From Synechococcus sp. A15-24 (GTDB taxonomy: Bacteria; Cyanobacteriota; Cyanobacteriia; PCC-6307; Cyanobiaceae), in contig NZ_CP047960.1 of NCBI RefSeq assembly GCF_014280195.1, positions 1,590,001 through 1,622,000 on the forward strand: a stretch of DNA of 32,000 nt, written 5' to 3'. The position numbers were made by a program, and so were the translations under genes. Positions 1 through 9,052 of the stretch are shown piece by piece. Each line of letters starts with the position of its first letter. Positions within the stretch are counted from its first letter, which is position 1. The notes under the pieces are model-generated. The model saw only the letters and a program-made list of their open reading frames with translations. It had not been told where the DNA came from and ran no database searches.

Positions 1-1062
1 GGGGGTGGAGAGGGTTCCGGCACGTCGGGGCAGCAGCCAGCGCCCCTGTTGCCGCTCCCGCAAACCGATGCTGGGGCCGGCTTCAAACCAGGTCCGTCGC
101 AGCTGCGGGGCATGCTCGGTTGTCGCCAGAGCCGTGACAGCAACCCCAGAGCGGCCCTTCTTCATCTGCAGAGATTGACAGGCCACATCCAGGGCACCGG
201 CCTGGCGCAATCGATCCAGCAGCCAGGCGATGTCTTCCGCCGAGGCATCATCGATCCAGGCCTCCTGCACCACCAGCGGCTGCCAACGGGGCTCGAGCTC
301 TGGGGTGGAACTCTCCCCTTGGCCAAGGCACAGCCTCACCAGGTTGGGCCTATCCAGGCGGCGGTGACCCAGGCCGATGCCGATGGCAGAAGCGGTGAAC
401 AAAGGTGGCGCCGTGAAGCGCTCGGCCAGAACGGACACCAGCGCCAGACCGGTGGGTGTGGTGAGCTCTCCCTCCGGCAGCGAGGGGTCGTGCCGCAGCG
501 GCACCTGATGGGCACGGGCCAGCTCAAGCACCGCCGGCACTGGCACCGGCAGCAGACCATGGGCGGTGGTGACGCTGCCGTGACCCGCCGGCGGCGGGGC
601 GCAGCTGATCCGATACGGAACCAGGTGATGGATGGCTGCGCAGACCCCCACCACATCCACCAGGGCATCGATGGCGCCCACCTCATGGAAATGCACCGAC
701 TCGGGGGTCTGGCCATGGACCGTGGCCTCCGCTTCGGCCAGAGCCGTGAACACCGCCAGCACCATATGCAGGAGCTTGGGTTCAAGGGAGGAGTTCTGCA
801 GGCGGTCGCGGATCTCCGCCCAGTGGCGATGAGGCGGGTCAGGCTCCAGCCCGACAACATTGAGGCGACGCCCCCGCAGGCCACCGCTGCGGGCCTCCTC
901 CACGTCCAGGCGCACCAGATCCTTCAGCCCAAGCTGCGCCAGGGGAGCCTTGATCACTTCAAGCGGAACCCCAAGGTCGAGAAGAGCCGCCAGCAGCATG
1001 TCGCCGGCCAATCCGGTCGGACAGTCGATATGCAGCGATCCAGCGGTCGCGTCCGGGGTCAT
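1..1062 (-). CDS. larC: LarC-family (DUF111) nickel-insertion / pincer-cofactor biosynthesis protein, partial (C-terminus lies beyond the left window edge)
   Basis: Absent from the ORF track because there is no stop inside the window. Manual minus-strand translation from ATG at 1062-1060 is open to position 1 (354 codons). It reads MTPDATAGSLHIDCPTGLAGDMLLAALLDLGVPLEV...VHFHEVGAIDALVDVVGVCAA...LLPVPVPAVLELA. These are LarC/DUF111 N-terminal signatures. The start overlaps the upstream stop (ATGA at 1059-1062). The + strand ORF 49..1095 is its antisense shadow. Confidence 0.8.
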   Translation of the reverse strand, partial: MTPDATAGSLHIDCPTGLAGDMLLAALLDLGVPLEVIKAPLAQLGLKDLVRLDVEEARSGGLRGRRLNVVGLEPDPPHRHWAEIRDRLQNSSLEPKLLHMVLAVFTALAEAEATVHGQTPESVHFHEVGAIDALVDVVGVCAAIHHLVPYRISCAPPPAGHGSVTTAHGLLPVPVPAVLELARAHQVPLRHDPSLPEGELTTPTGLALVSVLAERFTAPPLFTASAIGIGLGHRRLDRPNLVRLCLGQGESSTPELEPRWQPLVVQEAWIDDASAEDIAWLLDRLRQAGALDVACQSLQMKKGRSGVAVTALATTEHAPQLRRTWFEAGPSIGLRERQQGRWLLPRRAGTLSTP

Positions 1063-1706
1063 CGCCCCAGTCGCGGTGCCGCGCTCAACAACTGATCGGC
1101 TCTCTGGCTGAGGTCAGCCTGTTCACGCCGCAGCAGCTGCTCGATTTCCCGACGGGCGCGACGCTGTTCCCGCTGGGCCGTGGCGACGTCGTGGCCCGAG
1201 AGCCCCCAGAGCTGCCCAAGCAGAGCCCTGTCATCAGCGCCACCACGGGCTTTGCCGTAAACCACGGTTTCCGCCGCAATCCCGGCCTGCAGCACACGAC
1301 TCCAGCGGCGAAGATCCTCCAGGGGCATGCGAACGCTGTCCGGCACTGGGAACTCAGTGGCACCACTGCTGCGCAGCCCCGCCTTCAGACAGGCCAGGGT
1401 GCCCACCAGCACCCGTTGCACCGGCATCTGCTCCTGCTCGGCGATCAGCAGATGACCGGCTTCATGAACGGCAATCCGCCGCAGCCGCCCCTCACCGCCC
1501 GGCAGGGCCTCCGCCAGCACATGCCCCCCCATGCCCTGCCAGCTGGCGGCATCAACGCTGAGCATGATCAGACCACCGCCGACGGTAACCACAATCCAGG
1601 CCGGTGACAGGCCTAGCACTGGTCCGAAGGCTCCAAGCCCCGAGATGACAACCACAACTATACCCGCCCGAAGCGTTCCGGTCGAACCCTCACCAGCAGG
1701 TGCCAT
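1059..1706 (-). CDS. Membrane-anchored zinc-metalloprotease-like protein (HEXXH, FtsH/M41-like peptidase domain without an ATPase)
   Basis: 215-aa ORF with two N-terminal hydrophobic segments followed by IAVHEAGHLLIA (HEAGH zinc motif). Codon bias matches the flanks. It is overlap-coupled to both neighbours. Confidence 0.65.
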   Translation of the reverse strand: MAPAGEGSTGTLRAGIVVVVISGLGAFGPVLGLSPAWIVVTVGGGLIMLSVDAASWQGMGGHVLAEALPGGEGRLRRIAVHEAGHLLIAEQEQMPVQRVLVGTLACLKAGLRSSGATEFPVPDSVRMPLEDLRRWSRVLQAGIAAETVVYGKARGGADDRALLGQLWGLSGHDVATAQREQRRARREIEQLLRREQADLSQRADQLLSAAPRLGR

Positions 1707-2344
1707 CAGCCGCGACTGCGAGCAGGGGCACGCCCCCGCGAGCCGCGGGACTTGCCGCCCCGGGTGGGCATCGGAGCGATCACCTCATGGGATTCGAGAT
1801 GAAGCTGCTGCCCCTGTCGGCGCACATCCAGGCTGACGAAATGCCGCAGGTGCTCGAGGGGCAGCTCACCTTTGACCTGCAACTTGAAGGGCAGTGGCCG
1901 GCTGCCATCGGCACGGGGCTGCTGGCGCACCTTCACCACCAGCTCACCGGTCTCCGGTTTGGTGAAAATCAGTTCACCGCGAATGGAGAAGTAGTCGTCC
2001 CCCTCGGGCAGGCAATCATCAAGATCGGGTTGATCGGGAGACAACGTGCTCGGCTCCCAGATTCCGGCGATCTGGAGATGCAGTTGGTCGTTGTCTCGGG
2101 AGCGGGGGTACACCACCCAAAGGTGGGGCTGTTCCATGGCCAGATGGCGCCGCATCAACGTGAGCACTCGGCCGAGCACCACCGTCTCCACCTCACCGCC
2201 TTCGGCATCGATCAGCGTGCCCCGGGTGAGCTGGTCATCGTCGCTGGGTTTGTAAAGCCCACGAACCACCCCAATGGCCCGGTATTGCTGCGGTTCGGTG
2301 ACCTGGGGAATGGGGTGGTCGCGCATTGAGACGGTGCTCGTCAA
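1706..2344 (-). CDS. Conserved hypothetical protein with a basic Arg/Gly-rich C-terminal tail
   Basis: 212-aa ORF with good GC3 bias. Its stop overlaps the next start as TGATG (1704-1708). I recognise no domain. Confidence 0.55.
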   Translation of the reverse strand: MTSTVSMRDHPIPQVTEPQQYRAIGVVRGLYKPSDDDQLTRGTLIDAEGGEVETVVLGRVLTLMRRHLAMEQPHLWVVYPRSRDNDQLHLQIAGIWEPSTLSPDQPDLDDCLPEGDDYFSIRGELIFTKPETGELVVKVRQQPRADGSRPLPFKLQVKGELPLEHLRHFVSLDVRRQGQQLHLESHEVIAPMPTRGGKSRGSRGRAPARSRG

Positions 2345-2417
2345 ATCAAAAGCCCTTGTGAGGACTGTAGCCAGCCCCCGTGGATGACCTCAGAATGCCC
2401 ACATCAACAGGCCATCC

Positions 2418-3215
2418 ATGCAGCGGGCCCGTCGAGGTGTGATGTGGGCCCTGCTGATTGGCGCCGCTGTGGCCAGCGGATGGGTCGCTGCATTGACGCT
2501 GGCCCCACAGACCTCGGCCAGCGGCAGCAGGACGGTGGTGGACGACGAGGTCAGCCAGCTGCTGAATGCCAAGCAACGGCGAGAACTCAACGCAGGGGAG
2601 CGGGAGCGCTTGCTGGAACGACTTCTGCTTTTAGATCGGTTGGAGGACGCCAAGCTGCTGTTGCAGCAATGGCTGAATCAACAACCCCATTCCCTGCCTC
2701 TGGGGCTGTTGATGGCAGACCTTCACCGCCGCTCCGGCTCCCTTGAAGCAGCCCGGCGGGAGCTGGAGCAACTGCTGCGGCTGCATCCTTCGCATCAGGA
2801 GCTGCTGCAGCTGGCCGTTCTGGTGGATCTCCAGGAGGGACGCGGGCAGAACGCAGTTCAACGTCTGAAGGCCCAATTCGCTGCTCGACCGGAGGGGCAG
2901 CGCCTGGAACTCGGACTCCTACTCGCGGATCTGCATCGTCAGCTCGACCAATCCAAAGCAGCCGCTGATCAATATCAGCAACTCGCGAAGGAATCAGCTG
3001 AAGACGTCAGGGCTGTCATCGCCCTGGCGATGTTGCACCAGGAACAGGGCAATGGCGCCGAGGTGCAGCGGTGGCTCGAACAGGCTCGGCTGCGTAGGGG
3101 TAACGAGGATCGACCGGACCCCCTGATCGACGACCTGGCCTATCGGTGGGGGCTAAGGGCAGCCCGCGTCAGGGCTGAGCAGCAGCGTTCTGAGGTTCCT
3201 GCTCCAACGCCTTGA
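2418..3215 (+). CDS. TPR-like helical repeat protein with an N-terminal signal/anchor
   Basis: 265-aa ORF. The N-terminal hydrophobic stretch is VMWALLIGAAVASGWVAALTLA. Repeated Leu/Ala/Gln-rich about 34-aa helical units follow (LLLADLHRQ..., LAMLHQEQGN...). Confidence 0.6.
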   Translation: MQRARRGVMWALLIGAAVASGWVAALTLAPQTSASGSRTVVDDEVSQLLNAKQRRELNAGERERLLERLLLLDRLEDAKLLLQQWLNQQPHSLPLGLLMADLHRRSGSLEAARRELEQLLRLHPSHQELLQLAVLVDLQEGRGQNAVQRLKAQFAARPEGQRLELGLLLADLHRQLDQSKAAADQYQQLAKESAEDVRAVIALAMLHQEQGNGAEVQRWLEQARLRRGNEDRPDPLIDDLAYRWGLRAARVRAEQQRSEVPAPTP

Positions 3216-3471
3216 GCGCAGCATCGATGGCGTCTGATGGCGGGGTTGCGTCGTCCATTGCGCCGGCCCGCTGGATGCGGTTGATCAGATCCATCGGATT
3301 GGTGGCATCCAGAATCGCGCCGGAATCCCCATCCCCACCCGGACCGGTACTGAAGATCTCCCGCTCCTCACGGTTTTGATATCCGCCGTCCACCTGGGCC
3401 GAAACCGGAGTCACCAGTGACGCCAGGGACGTCACGGTGATCAGAAGTGGAACCGCAGAGCGAAGCGGCAT
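3169..3471 (-). CDS. Small secreted protein (signal peptide), unknown function
   Basis: 100-aa ORF. The N-terminus MPLRSAVPLLITVTSLASLVTPVSAQV looks like a Sec signal with an AxA-like cleavage site. The 3' end overlaps the convergent TPR gene by 47 nt. Confidence 0.5.
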   Translation of the reverse strand: MPLRSAVPLLITVTSLASLVTPVSAQVDGGYQNREEREIFSTGPGGDGDSGAILDATNPMDLINRIQRAGAMDDATPPSDAIDAALKALEQEPQNAAAQP

Positions 3472-3526
3472 GGTGGAAAGGCTATTGCAGCGATGCTAAG
3501 GGTCCTTCTGGGAACAACAAACAACC

Positions 3527-4363
3527 GTGCGGATTGCCACCTGGAACGTCAATTCAGTGCGCACCCGCCTTGAGCAAGTGTTGTGCTGGCTTGAGCAAAC
3601 CAAGCCAGATCTGCTCTGCCTGCAGGAGACCAAGGTCGACGATCCTCTGTTTCCGATGCAGGCCTTCGAGAACGCCGGGTGGCAGGTCAGCATCCATGGC
3701 CAGAAGTCGTACAACGGAGTGGCGTTGGTCAGCCGCGAGCCCCTCGAGGATGTCCGCTGTGGTTTCGTTGGTGAGCTCCCTGATGATGCCGAAGCCGCGA
3801 CCCTGGGGGAACAGAAGCGCGTGATCAGTGGCCTGCTGGGTGGGGTGCGGGTGCTGAATCTCTACGTACCGAATGGTTCGAGCTTGTCTTCAGAAAAATA
3901 CCCATACAAGCTGTCCTGGCTTTGTTGCCTGAAGCGGTACCTGGACGCCCAGGCCGAGCGGGGGGAACCGTTGTGCATGGTGGGGGACTTCAACATCGCT
4001 CTCGAGGCCAGGGACATCCACGACCCCGATCGCCTCAGCGGCTCGGTCATGGCGAGCGATGCGGAACGGGATGCCTTGCACGAAGCCCTGGGGAACCGGC
4101 TCCAGGATGCCTTCAGAATGTTCGAGCCCGACGCTGGCCACTGGAGCTGGTGGGATTACCGCACCGGCGCCTGGGATCGAGATCGCGGCTGGCGCATCGA
4201 TCACATTTACCTCTGTGAGGAGCTGATGGGGCTCGCCCGCAGCTGCAGCATCCACAAACAGGTGCGTGGCAACGATCAACCTAGTGATCATGCTCCAGTA
4301 AGCGTAGATCTGGAGTGGCCTCCTGCTGACGATGAACAAGACGAGGACGATCAGCTGTTTTGA
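3527..4363 (+). CDS. xthA: Exodeoxyribonuclease III (AP endonuclease, EEP family)
   Basis: MRIATWNVNSVRTRLEQVL.WLE...PDLLCLQETK ... GDFNIA ... RIDHIY ... SDHAPV. These are canonical ExoIII/Ape motifs. The start is GTG. Confidence 0.9.
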   Translation: MRIATWNVNSVRTRLEQVLCWLEQTKPDLLCLQETKVDDPLFPMQAFENAGWQVSIHGQKSYNGVALVSREPLEDVRCGFVGELPDDAEAATLGEQKRVISGLLGGVRVLNLYVPNGSSLSSEKYPYKLSWLCCLKRYLDAQAERGEPLCMVGDFNIALEARDIHDPDRLSGSVMASDAERDALHEALGNRLQDAFRMFEPDAGHWSWWDYRTGAWDRDRGWRIDHIYLCEELMGLARSCSIHKQVRGNDQPSDHAPVSVDLEWPPADDEQDEDDQLF

Positions 4364-4370
4364 GGGGGGC

Positions 4371-5876
4371 TCAGTAGAGCTCGACCCCCGCCGGCAACGT
4401 CACCACACGTTTGGCTGATTCACCACAGGTGCGCGGGGTTGGGAGCACCTTGCCGGGGTTGGCACGGTTCTCCGGATCAAAGGCCCGGCGCAGTAGACCC
4501 ATCGTTTCAAGATCCTCGGGCTCGAACATCCAATCGAGATAACAGCGCTTGTCGGCTCCGACGCCATGCTCACCGCTGATGCTGCCGCCGGCATCCAGAC
4601 AAACCCGCAGAATCGCCGCACCGAGATTCTTGACTCGTTGCTCCGCATCAGGGGCGCTGGCGGAGTACAGGATCAGGGGATGCAGATTGCCGTCACCGGC
4701 ATGGAACATGTTGGCGACAGGAAGGTCATGTTCCCGACTCAACTGCTCAATAGACGTCAACACCCAGGGCAGGCAGCTCCGAGGAACGACACCATCCTGT
4801 ACGTAATAAGTAGGGGTGATTTTTCCGACCGCTGAGAACGCGCACTTTCGTCCCTTCCACAGCACCTCGCATGCCGTGGAGTCCTCAGCCCGTCGCAGAT
4901 GCCTGGCACCGGCCTCTTTGCACAACACTTCTGCCTGTTCAGCGGAGGCCTCGACCTCTGCCGTCTGACCGTCCAGCTCGATCAACAGCACGGCCCCCGA
5001 ATCCCGCGGATACTCGTCGTACCCGAAGAAGTCATTCACAGCGTTGATGGTGACGTTGTCCATGATTTCCATCCCGGATGGCAACAGTCCGGCGGCGGTG
5101 ACGGAGCACACTGCCTCCCCTGCCGCTTCCATCGTGGGGAAATCGGCCAGAAGCACGTTGACGCATTCCGGTGCCCGAAGCAGCCGCAGGGTGATGGCCG
5201 TAGCGATGCCGAGGGTGCCCTCGCTACCGATGAAGGCCCCCCGCAGATCCAGCTCAGGTGACTCCGCCAGACCGTTGCCGAGCTGTGTCACCGTGCCATC
5301 CGGCAGCACCACCTCCATTCCGAGCACATGGTTGCTGGTGACGCCGTACTTGAGGCAGTGAACGCCGCCGGAGTTCTCAGCCACATTGCCGCCGATGCTG
5401 CAGACCACCTGGCTGGAGGGATCCGGTGCGTAATAAAAACCATCTCCGGCAACGGCGCGGGTCACCCAACTGTTGATCACGCCCGGCTGAACCGTGACCC
5501 GCTGGTTAGCGAGATCCACCTCGATGATCTGCCGCATGCGGCTGGTCACCACCAGCAACGCCTGCTGATCTACCAGTGCACCACCGGAAAGCCCCGTGCC
5601 GCTGCCACGGGCCACAAAAGGAATCCCGTGCGCATGGCAGCAGCGAAGGACCGCTACCACCTGGTCGGTGGTTTCCGGAAGCACCGCCAGGGGCGGCTGG
5701 TGACGATCCATGGTCAGACCATCAGAGTCGTAACTCAGTAGTTCCTGACGTTTCGTCACCACGGCCCTCGGCGGCAGAGACCGGCGGAGATCCCTCTCCA
5801 GCGCTGACCAATCGTGGAACACAGCAACCTTCAACCCGGGCCAGAGTAAGCAAGCAACTGGGGTCGATTGACACAC
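4371..5876 (-). CDS. glcD: Glycolate oxidase subunit GlcD / FAD-linked oxidase
   Basis: 501-aa ORF with the FAD-binding PCMH motif [14 protein letters not shown] and C-terminal [10 protein letters not shown]. The exact start is uncertain: GTG at 5876, or in-frame TTG/GTG a few codons downstream. Confidence 0.85.
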   Translation of the reverse strand: MCQSTPVACLLWPGLKVAVFHDWSALERDLRRSLPPRAVVTKRQELLSYDSDGLTMDRHQPPLAVLPETTDQVVAVLRCCHAHGIPFVARGSGTGLSGGALVDQQALLVVTSRMRQIIEVDLANQRVTVQPGVINSWVTRAVAGDGFYYAPDPSSQVVCSIGGNVAENSGGVHCLKYGVTSNHVLGMEVVLPDGTVTQLGNGLAESPELDLRGAFIGSEGTLGIATAITLRLLRAPECVNVLLADFPTMEAAGEAVCSVTAAGLLPSGMEIMDNVTINAVNDFFGYDEYPRDSGAVLLIELDGQTAEVEASAEQAEVLCKEAGARHLRRAEDSTACEVLWKGRKCAFSAVGKITPTYYVQDGVVPRSCLPWVLTSIEQLSREHDLPVANMFHAGDGNLHPLILYSASAPDAEQRVKNLGAAILRVCLDAGGSISGEHGVGADKRCYLDWMFEPEDLETMGLLRRAFDPENRANPGKVLPTPRTCGESAKRVVTLPAGVELY

Positions 5877-5947
5877 TCCAGACCGATCCGGTCGTTCCTG
5901 GGTCAGGATGTTGCACGGTTTGCATCAGCCTCTTGGCGTCGGTTCCA

Positions 5948-7249
5948 GTGACAGCACCCGCGTTGAACACCAGCCGCTCCCAGGCCATCTTTGGCGCAGC
6001 ACAGGGGCTGATGCCCGGTGGCGTGAGCTCCCCTGTGCGGGCGTTCAAGTCGGTTGGCGGTCAGCCGATCGTGTTCGACCGGGTGAAGGGTCCCTACGCC
6101 TGGGACGTTGATGGCAACAAGTACATCGACTACATCGGCAGCTGGGGACCGGCCATCTGCGGCCACGCCCATCCCGAGGTGATCAGCGCCCTGCAGGAAG
6201 CGATAGAAAAGGGCACCAGCTTCGGAGCCCCCTGCGCCCTTGAGAACACCCTGGCCGAGATGGTGATCGACGCCGTCCCCAGTGTGGAGATGGTGCGATT
6301 CGTCAACAGCGGCACAGAGGCCTGCATGGCGGTGCTCCGCCTGATGCGTGCCTTCACCGGCCGCGACAAGGTGATCAAGTTCGAAGGCTGTTACCACGGA
6401 CATGCGGACATGTTCCTGGTGAAGGCCGGATCCGGTGTGGCCACACTCGGCCTGCCCGATTCCCCAGGCGTGCCACGCAGCACCACCGCTAACACCCTCA
6501 CGGCGCCTTACAACGACCTGGAGGCGGTCAAGGCTCTGTTCGCCGAGAACCCTGATGCCATTGCCGGCGTGATTCTCGAGCCGATCGTCGGCAACGCCGG
6601 GTTCATTCAGCCTGAGCCTGGTTTCCTGGAAGGCCTACGGGAACTCACCAAGGAACATGGCGCGTTGCTGGTGTTCGATGAAGTGATGACCGGCTTCCGA
6701 ATCAGTTACGGCGGTGCGCAGGCCCACTTCGGCGTCACACCGGACCTCACCACAATGGGCAAAGTGATCGGTGGCGGTCTGCCCGTGGGTGCCTACGGCG
6801 GCCGCGCCGACATCATGGGCATGGTGGCTCCAGCTGGGCCGATGTACCAGGCCGGAACATTGAGCGGCAATCCACTGGCGATGACAGCTGGCATCAAGAC
6901 GCTGGAACTGCTGAAACAGCCCGGCAGTTACGAAAAACTCACCGCGACCACAGAAAAACTGATCACCGGCATCAAGGAGGCTGCCACGGCTGCGGGTCTT
7001 CCCTTCACAGGTGGCAGCGTCAGCGCCATGTTCGGGTTTTTCCTCTGCGAAGGACCGGTGCGCAACTTTGAAGACGCCAAAGCCACCGATTCCGAGCGGT
7101 TCGGCAAGCTGCATCGCGCCATGCTCGAGCGGGGGGTGTATCTCGCCCCATCTGCCTTTGAGGCGGGATTCACCTCCCTGGCCCACTCCGATGCAGACAT
7201 TGAGGCCACCCTCAATGCCTTCCGCGAGAGCTTCGCGGAAGTGGCCTGA
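5948..7249 (+). CDS. hemL: Glutamate-1-semialdehyde 2,1-aminomutase
   Basis: [56 protein letters not shown]..., and the PLP lysine context [10 protein letters not shown]. The ORF-track start at 5576 overlaps glcD and adds non-homologous sequence. In-frame GTG at 5948 ([12 protein letters not shown]...) gives a 433-aa product typical of HemL. Confidence 0.9.
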   Translation: MTAPALNTSRSQAIFGAAQGLMPGGVSSPVRAFKSVGGQPIVFDRVKGPYAWDVDGNKYIDYIGSWGPAICGHAHPEVISALQEAIEKGTSFGAPCALENTLAEMVIDAVPSVEMVRFVNSGTEACMAVLRLMRAFTGRDKVIKFEGCYHGHADMFLVKAGSGVATLGLPDSPGVPRSTTANTLTAPYNDLEAVKALFAENPDAIAGVILEPIVGNAGFIQPEPGFLEGLRELTKEHGALLVFDEVMTGFRISYGGAQAHFGVTPDLTTMGKVIGGGLPVGAYGGRADIMGMVAPAGPMYQAGTLSGNPLAMTAGIKTLELLKQPGSYEKLTATTEKLITGIKEAATAAGLPFTGGSVSAMFGFFLCEGPVRNFEDAKATDSERFGKLHRAMLERGVYLAPSAFEAGFTSLAHSDADIEATLNAFRESFAEVA

Positions 7250-7263
7250 TCGTCACTGGTGCG

Positions 7264-7731
7264 GTGATTCCCGTTGTTCTGGCAGCAGCTGAAACGCAGC
7301 CTCCCCTGATCTGCACGATCGAAACCGTTGAGAGTCGCTGGACCCCGCGCAAAATTGCCGGGGTTCGGATGCTGAAGGGCCAGACGTTCACGGTGGTTCT
7401 CACACCGGAGATCACGGTGAATCCTCGATATGTGATCGACAGCCGGATCACCAGCCTGGCGGAGGAAACAGAGCCGCCGGTTGGCTCAATCGAGAACGAG
7501 CGGCTGCGCTACAGCTGGAACTACATCGCACCGCTGGGTCCGGTGGCACCGCCCGCGACTGCCGGAGACGCCAACCGCAACGCGTCGATCAGCGTGGAAG
7601 GGCAACTGCTGATCCAGCCCAACCGGTCGTTCAATCTGGTGAACGTGTCTGCCATGACCGCCGAGGGCAGCACCACAGCACTGACGACACTTCAGGACAG
7701 CGCTTCAGGTGCGTGCCGTGAACAACGCTGA
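7264..7731 (+). CDS. Hypothetical protein
   Basis: 155-aa ORF with host-like GC3 bias and a GTG start 15 nt after hemL. Its 3' end overlaps the cdd start by about 23 nt. I recognise no motif. Confidence 0.45.
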   Translation: MIPVVLAAAETQPPLICTIETVESRWTPRKIAGVRMLKGQTFTVVLTPEITVNPRYVIDSRITSLAEETEPPVGSIENERLRYSWNYIAPLGPVAPPATAGDANRNASISVEGQLLIQPNRSFNLVNVSAMTAEGSTTALTTLQDSASGACREQR

Positions 7732-8128
7732 AGCATTGCTGGCGGCAGCCCGTAAGGCAGCTGACCAGGCCCATTGCCCGTATTCAAACTTTCATGTGGG
7801 AGCGGCGGTGCGCTGCACAGACGGCACGGTGGTAAGCGGCTGCAATGTGGAGAACGCCAGCTATGGCCTCACCATCTGTGCTGAACGGGTGGCTTTGTTC
7901 AACTGTGTGGCCCAGGGTCTGCAACCGCTTGAACTGGCAGTGAGCTGTGTCGATGCCCAGAACAACGCGCCATTGGCATCGCGAATGCCCTGTGGTGCCT
8001 GCCGCCAAGTGATGCAGGAACTGATGCCGAACAGCGCCATCATTCACATCGACGGAGTCGATTCAAGACGGCTGAAAGAGTTGCTACCGGATGCGTTTTC
8101 ACTGGATTCAGCAAAAAACGCTCCCTAG
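7709..8128 (+). CDS. cdd: Cytidine deaminase (homotetrameric CDA type)
   Basis: Zinc motifs CAERVA and PCGACRQV, with CPYSNFHVGAA at the N-terminus. Size (139 aa) fits. The start is GTG 7709 or GTG 7718. Confidence 0.85.
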   Translation: MRAVNNAEALLAAARKAADQAHCPYSNFHVGAAVRCTDGTVVSGCNVENASYGLTICAERVALFNCVAQGLQPLELAVSCVDAQNNAPLASRMPCGACRQVMQELMPNSAIIHIDGVDSRRLKELLPDAFSLDSAKNAP

Positions 8129-8154
8129 GGTTAACGCAATCACCTGCGGATCCC

Positions 8155-8754
8155 ATGAACTGGCGACTGTTGTTCGGGGTGATCGCGTTGATCGCCACAC
8201 CTTGCTTGGCACAGGCCGAGGACGATCCGTGTCTGAAGGCAGCGGACTACAAGGGCTGCAAGGAGTACCAGTCCGGCCAGAACTTTGAGCAAACCTCAGG
8301 CAATGTTGAGGTGAAAACGACAGGGGACCACAACTACAAACCGAGCTCAGTGCGCCAGATGAAGGCTCGCGGCAGCTACGGCCGCTACATCAGCTTCGTG
8401 GGCACCACGTTGAATGAATACGCTGGGAAGCCAGCCAGCTACAACCCGGGCATGCCCGGCAGGAAGGTGTGCAACACCACCTACGGCTTCAACAAGCAGA
8501 CCCAGACCACCACCTGCCAGCAAGTGGGCTATGTGGCACCGAGCTACACCCCCGGCACGCCGGGAGGTGTGGAACGACGCAGCTTTCGATACCAACTGGA
8601 CTGCAAAGACCTCACATTTGATCGCAAGGGCGACTTCAGCGGATTCGGCAACAAAGGCTGGATGGGCGTGGACAACGATCCAACCGCACAAGCGGTGGCC
8701 GATCGCTACTGCTCAGCCACCCATAACCTTCCAAAGGAGAGTGGCGAGGAATAA
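8155..8754 (+). CDS. Secreted Cys-containing protein, unknown function
   Basis: 199-aa ORF. Signal peptide MNWRLLFGVIALIATPCLAQA, with six Cys in the mature part. Composition is host-like. It is the last GC-rich gene before the AT-rich island. Confidence 0.6.
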   Translation: MNWRLLFGVIALIATPCLAQAEDDPCLKAADYKGCKEYQSGQNFEQTSGNVEVKTTGDHNYKPSSVRQMKARGSYGRYISFVGTTLNEYAGKPASYNPGMPGRKVCNTTYGFNKQTQTTTCQQVGYVAPSYTPGTPGGVERRSFRYQLDCKDLTFDRKGDFSGFGNKGWMGVDNDPTAQAVADRYCSATHNLPKESGEE

Positions 8755-9052
8755 ACGACACGCTAGAAATTTCAGGGACAGCACGACAGTTGATCAGTCA
8801 AAAACCGGTAAACATTGCAACCAGATGACTGCGACAAGGCCGAGCAAAAGGGGCAAAGAGACCAAATGATTGCCTGTCTAAGGTGATATGGTTTCAACAG
8901 TGATGGGCTACTGAACGGAAGCATCAATTTCAAGCCAAGATGCAATTCAATCGACATTTATATACGCATCCATTCCCAACAAACCATTGACCAACCAAGC
9001 AACACATGCGAACATAAGTTTGATTTAATTTTGCACGGGGAGAGTAGCTACG

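Noticed and set aside
49-1095. 348-aa + strand ORF covering the left end of the window
   Set aside because: The translation is Arg/Gly/Gln-rich with no motifs. It is the antisense shadow of the larC-like gene, whose minus-strand frame gives clear LarC signatures.
1700-2329. 209-aa + strand ORF antisense to the 1706..2344 gene. Similar long antisense ORFs occur at 17436..18032, 19170..19778, 19736..20209, 25503..26249, 25933..26337, 29432..30085 and 30849..31364.
   Set aside because: These are typical stop-poor antisense frames of GC-rich coding DNA. Their compositions are implausible (Arg/Pro/His/Gln-rich), and each lies fully inside a gene with strong family motifs on the other strand.
5576-5947. 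N-terminal 124-codon extension of the hemL ORF
   Set aside because: It overlaps the glcD 5' end, has no HemL homology and has a low-complexity composition. In-frame GTG 5948 gives the expected protein length.
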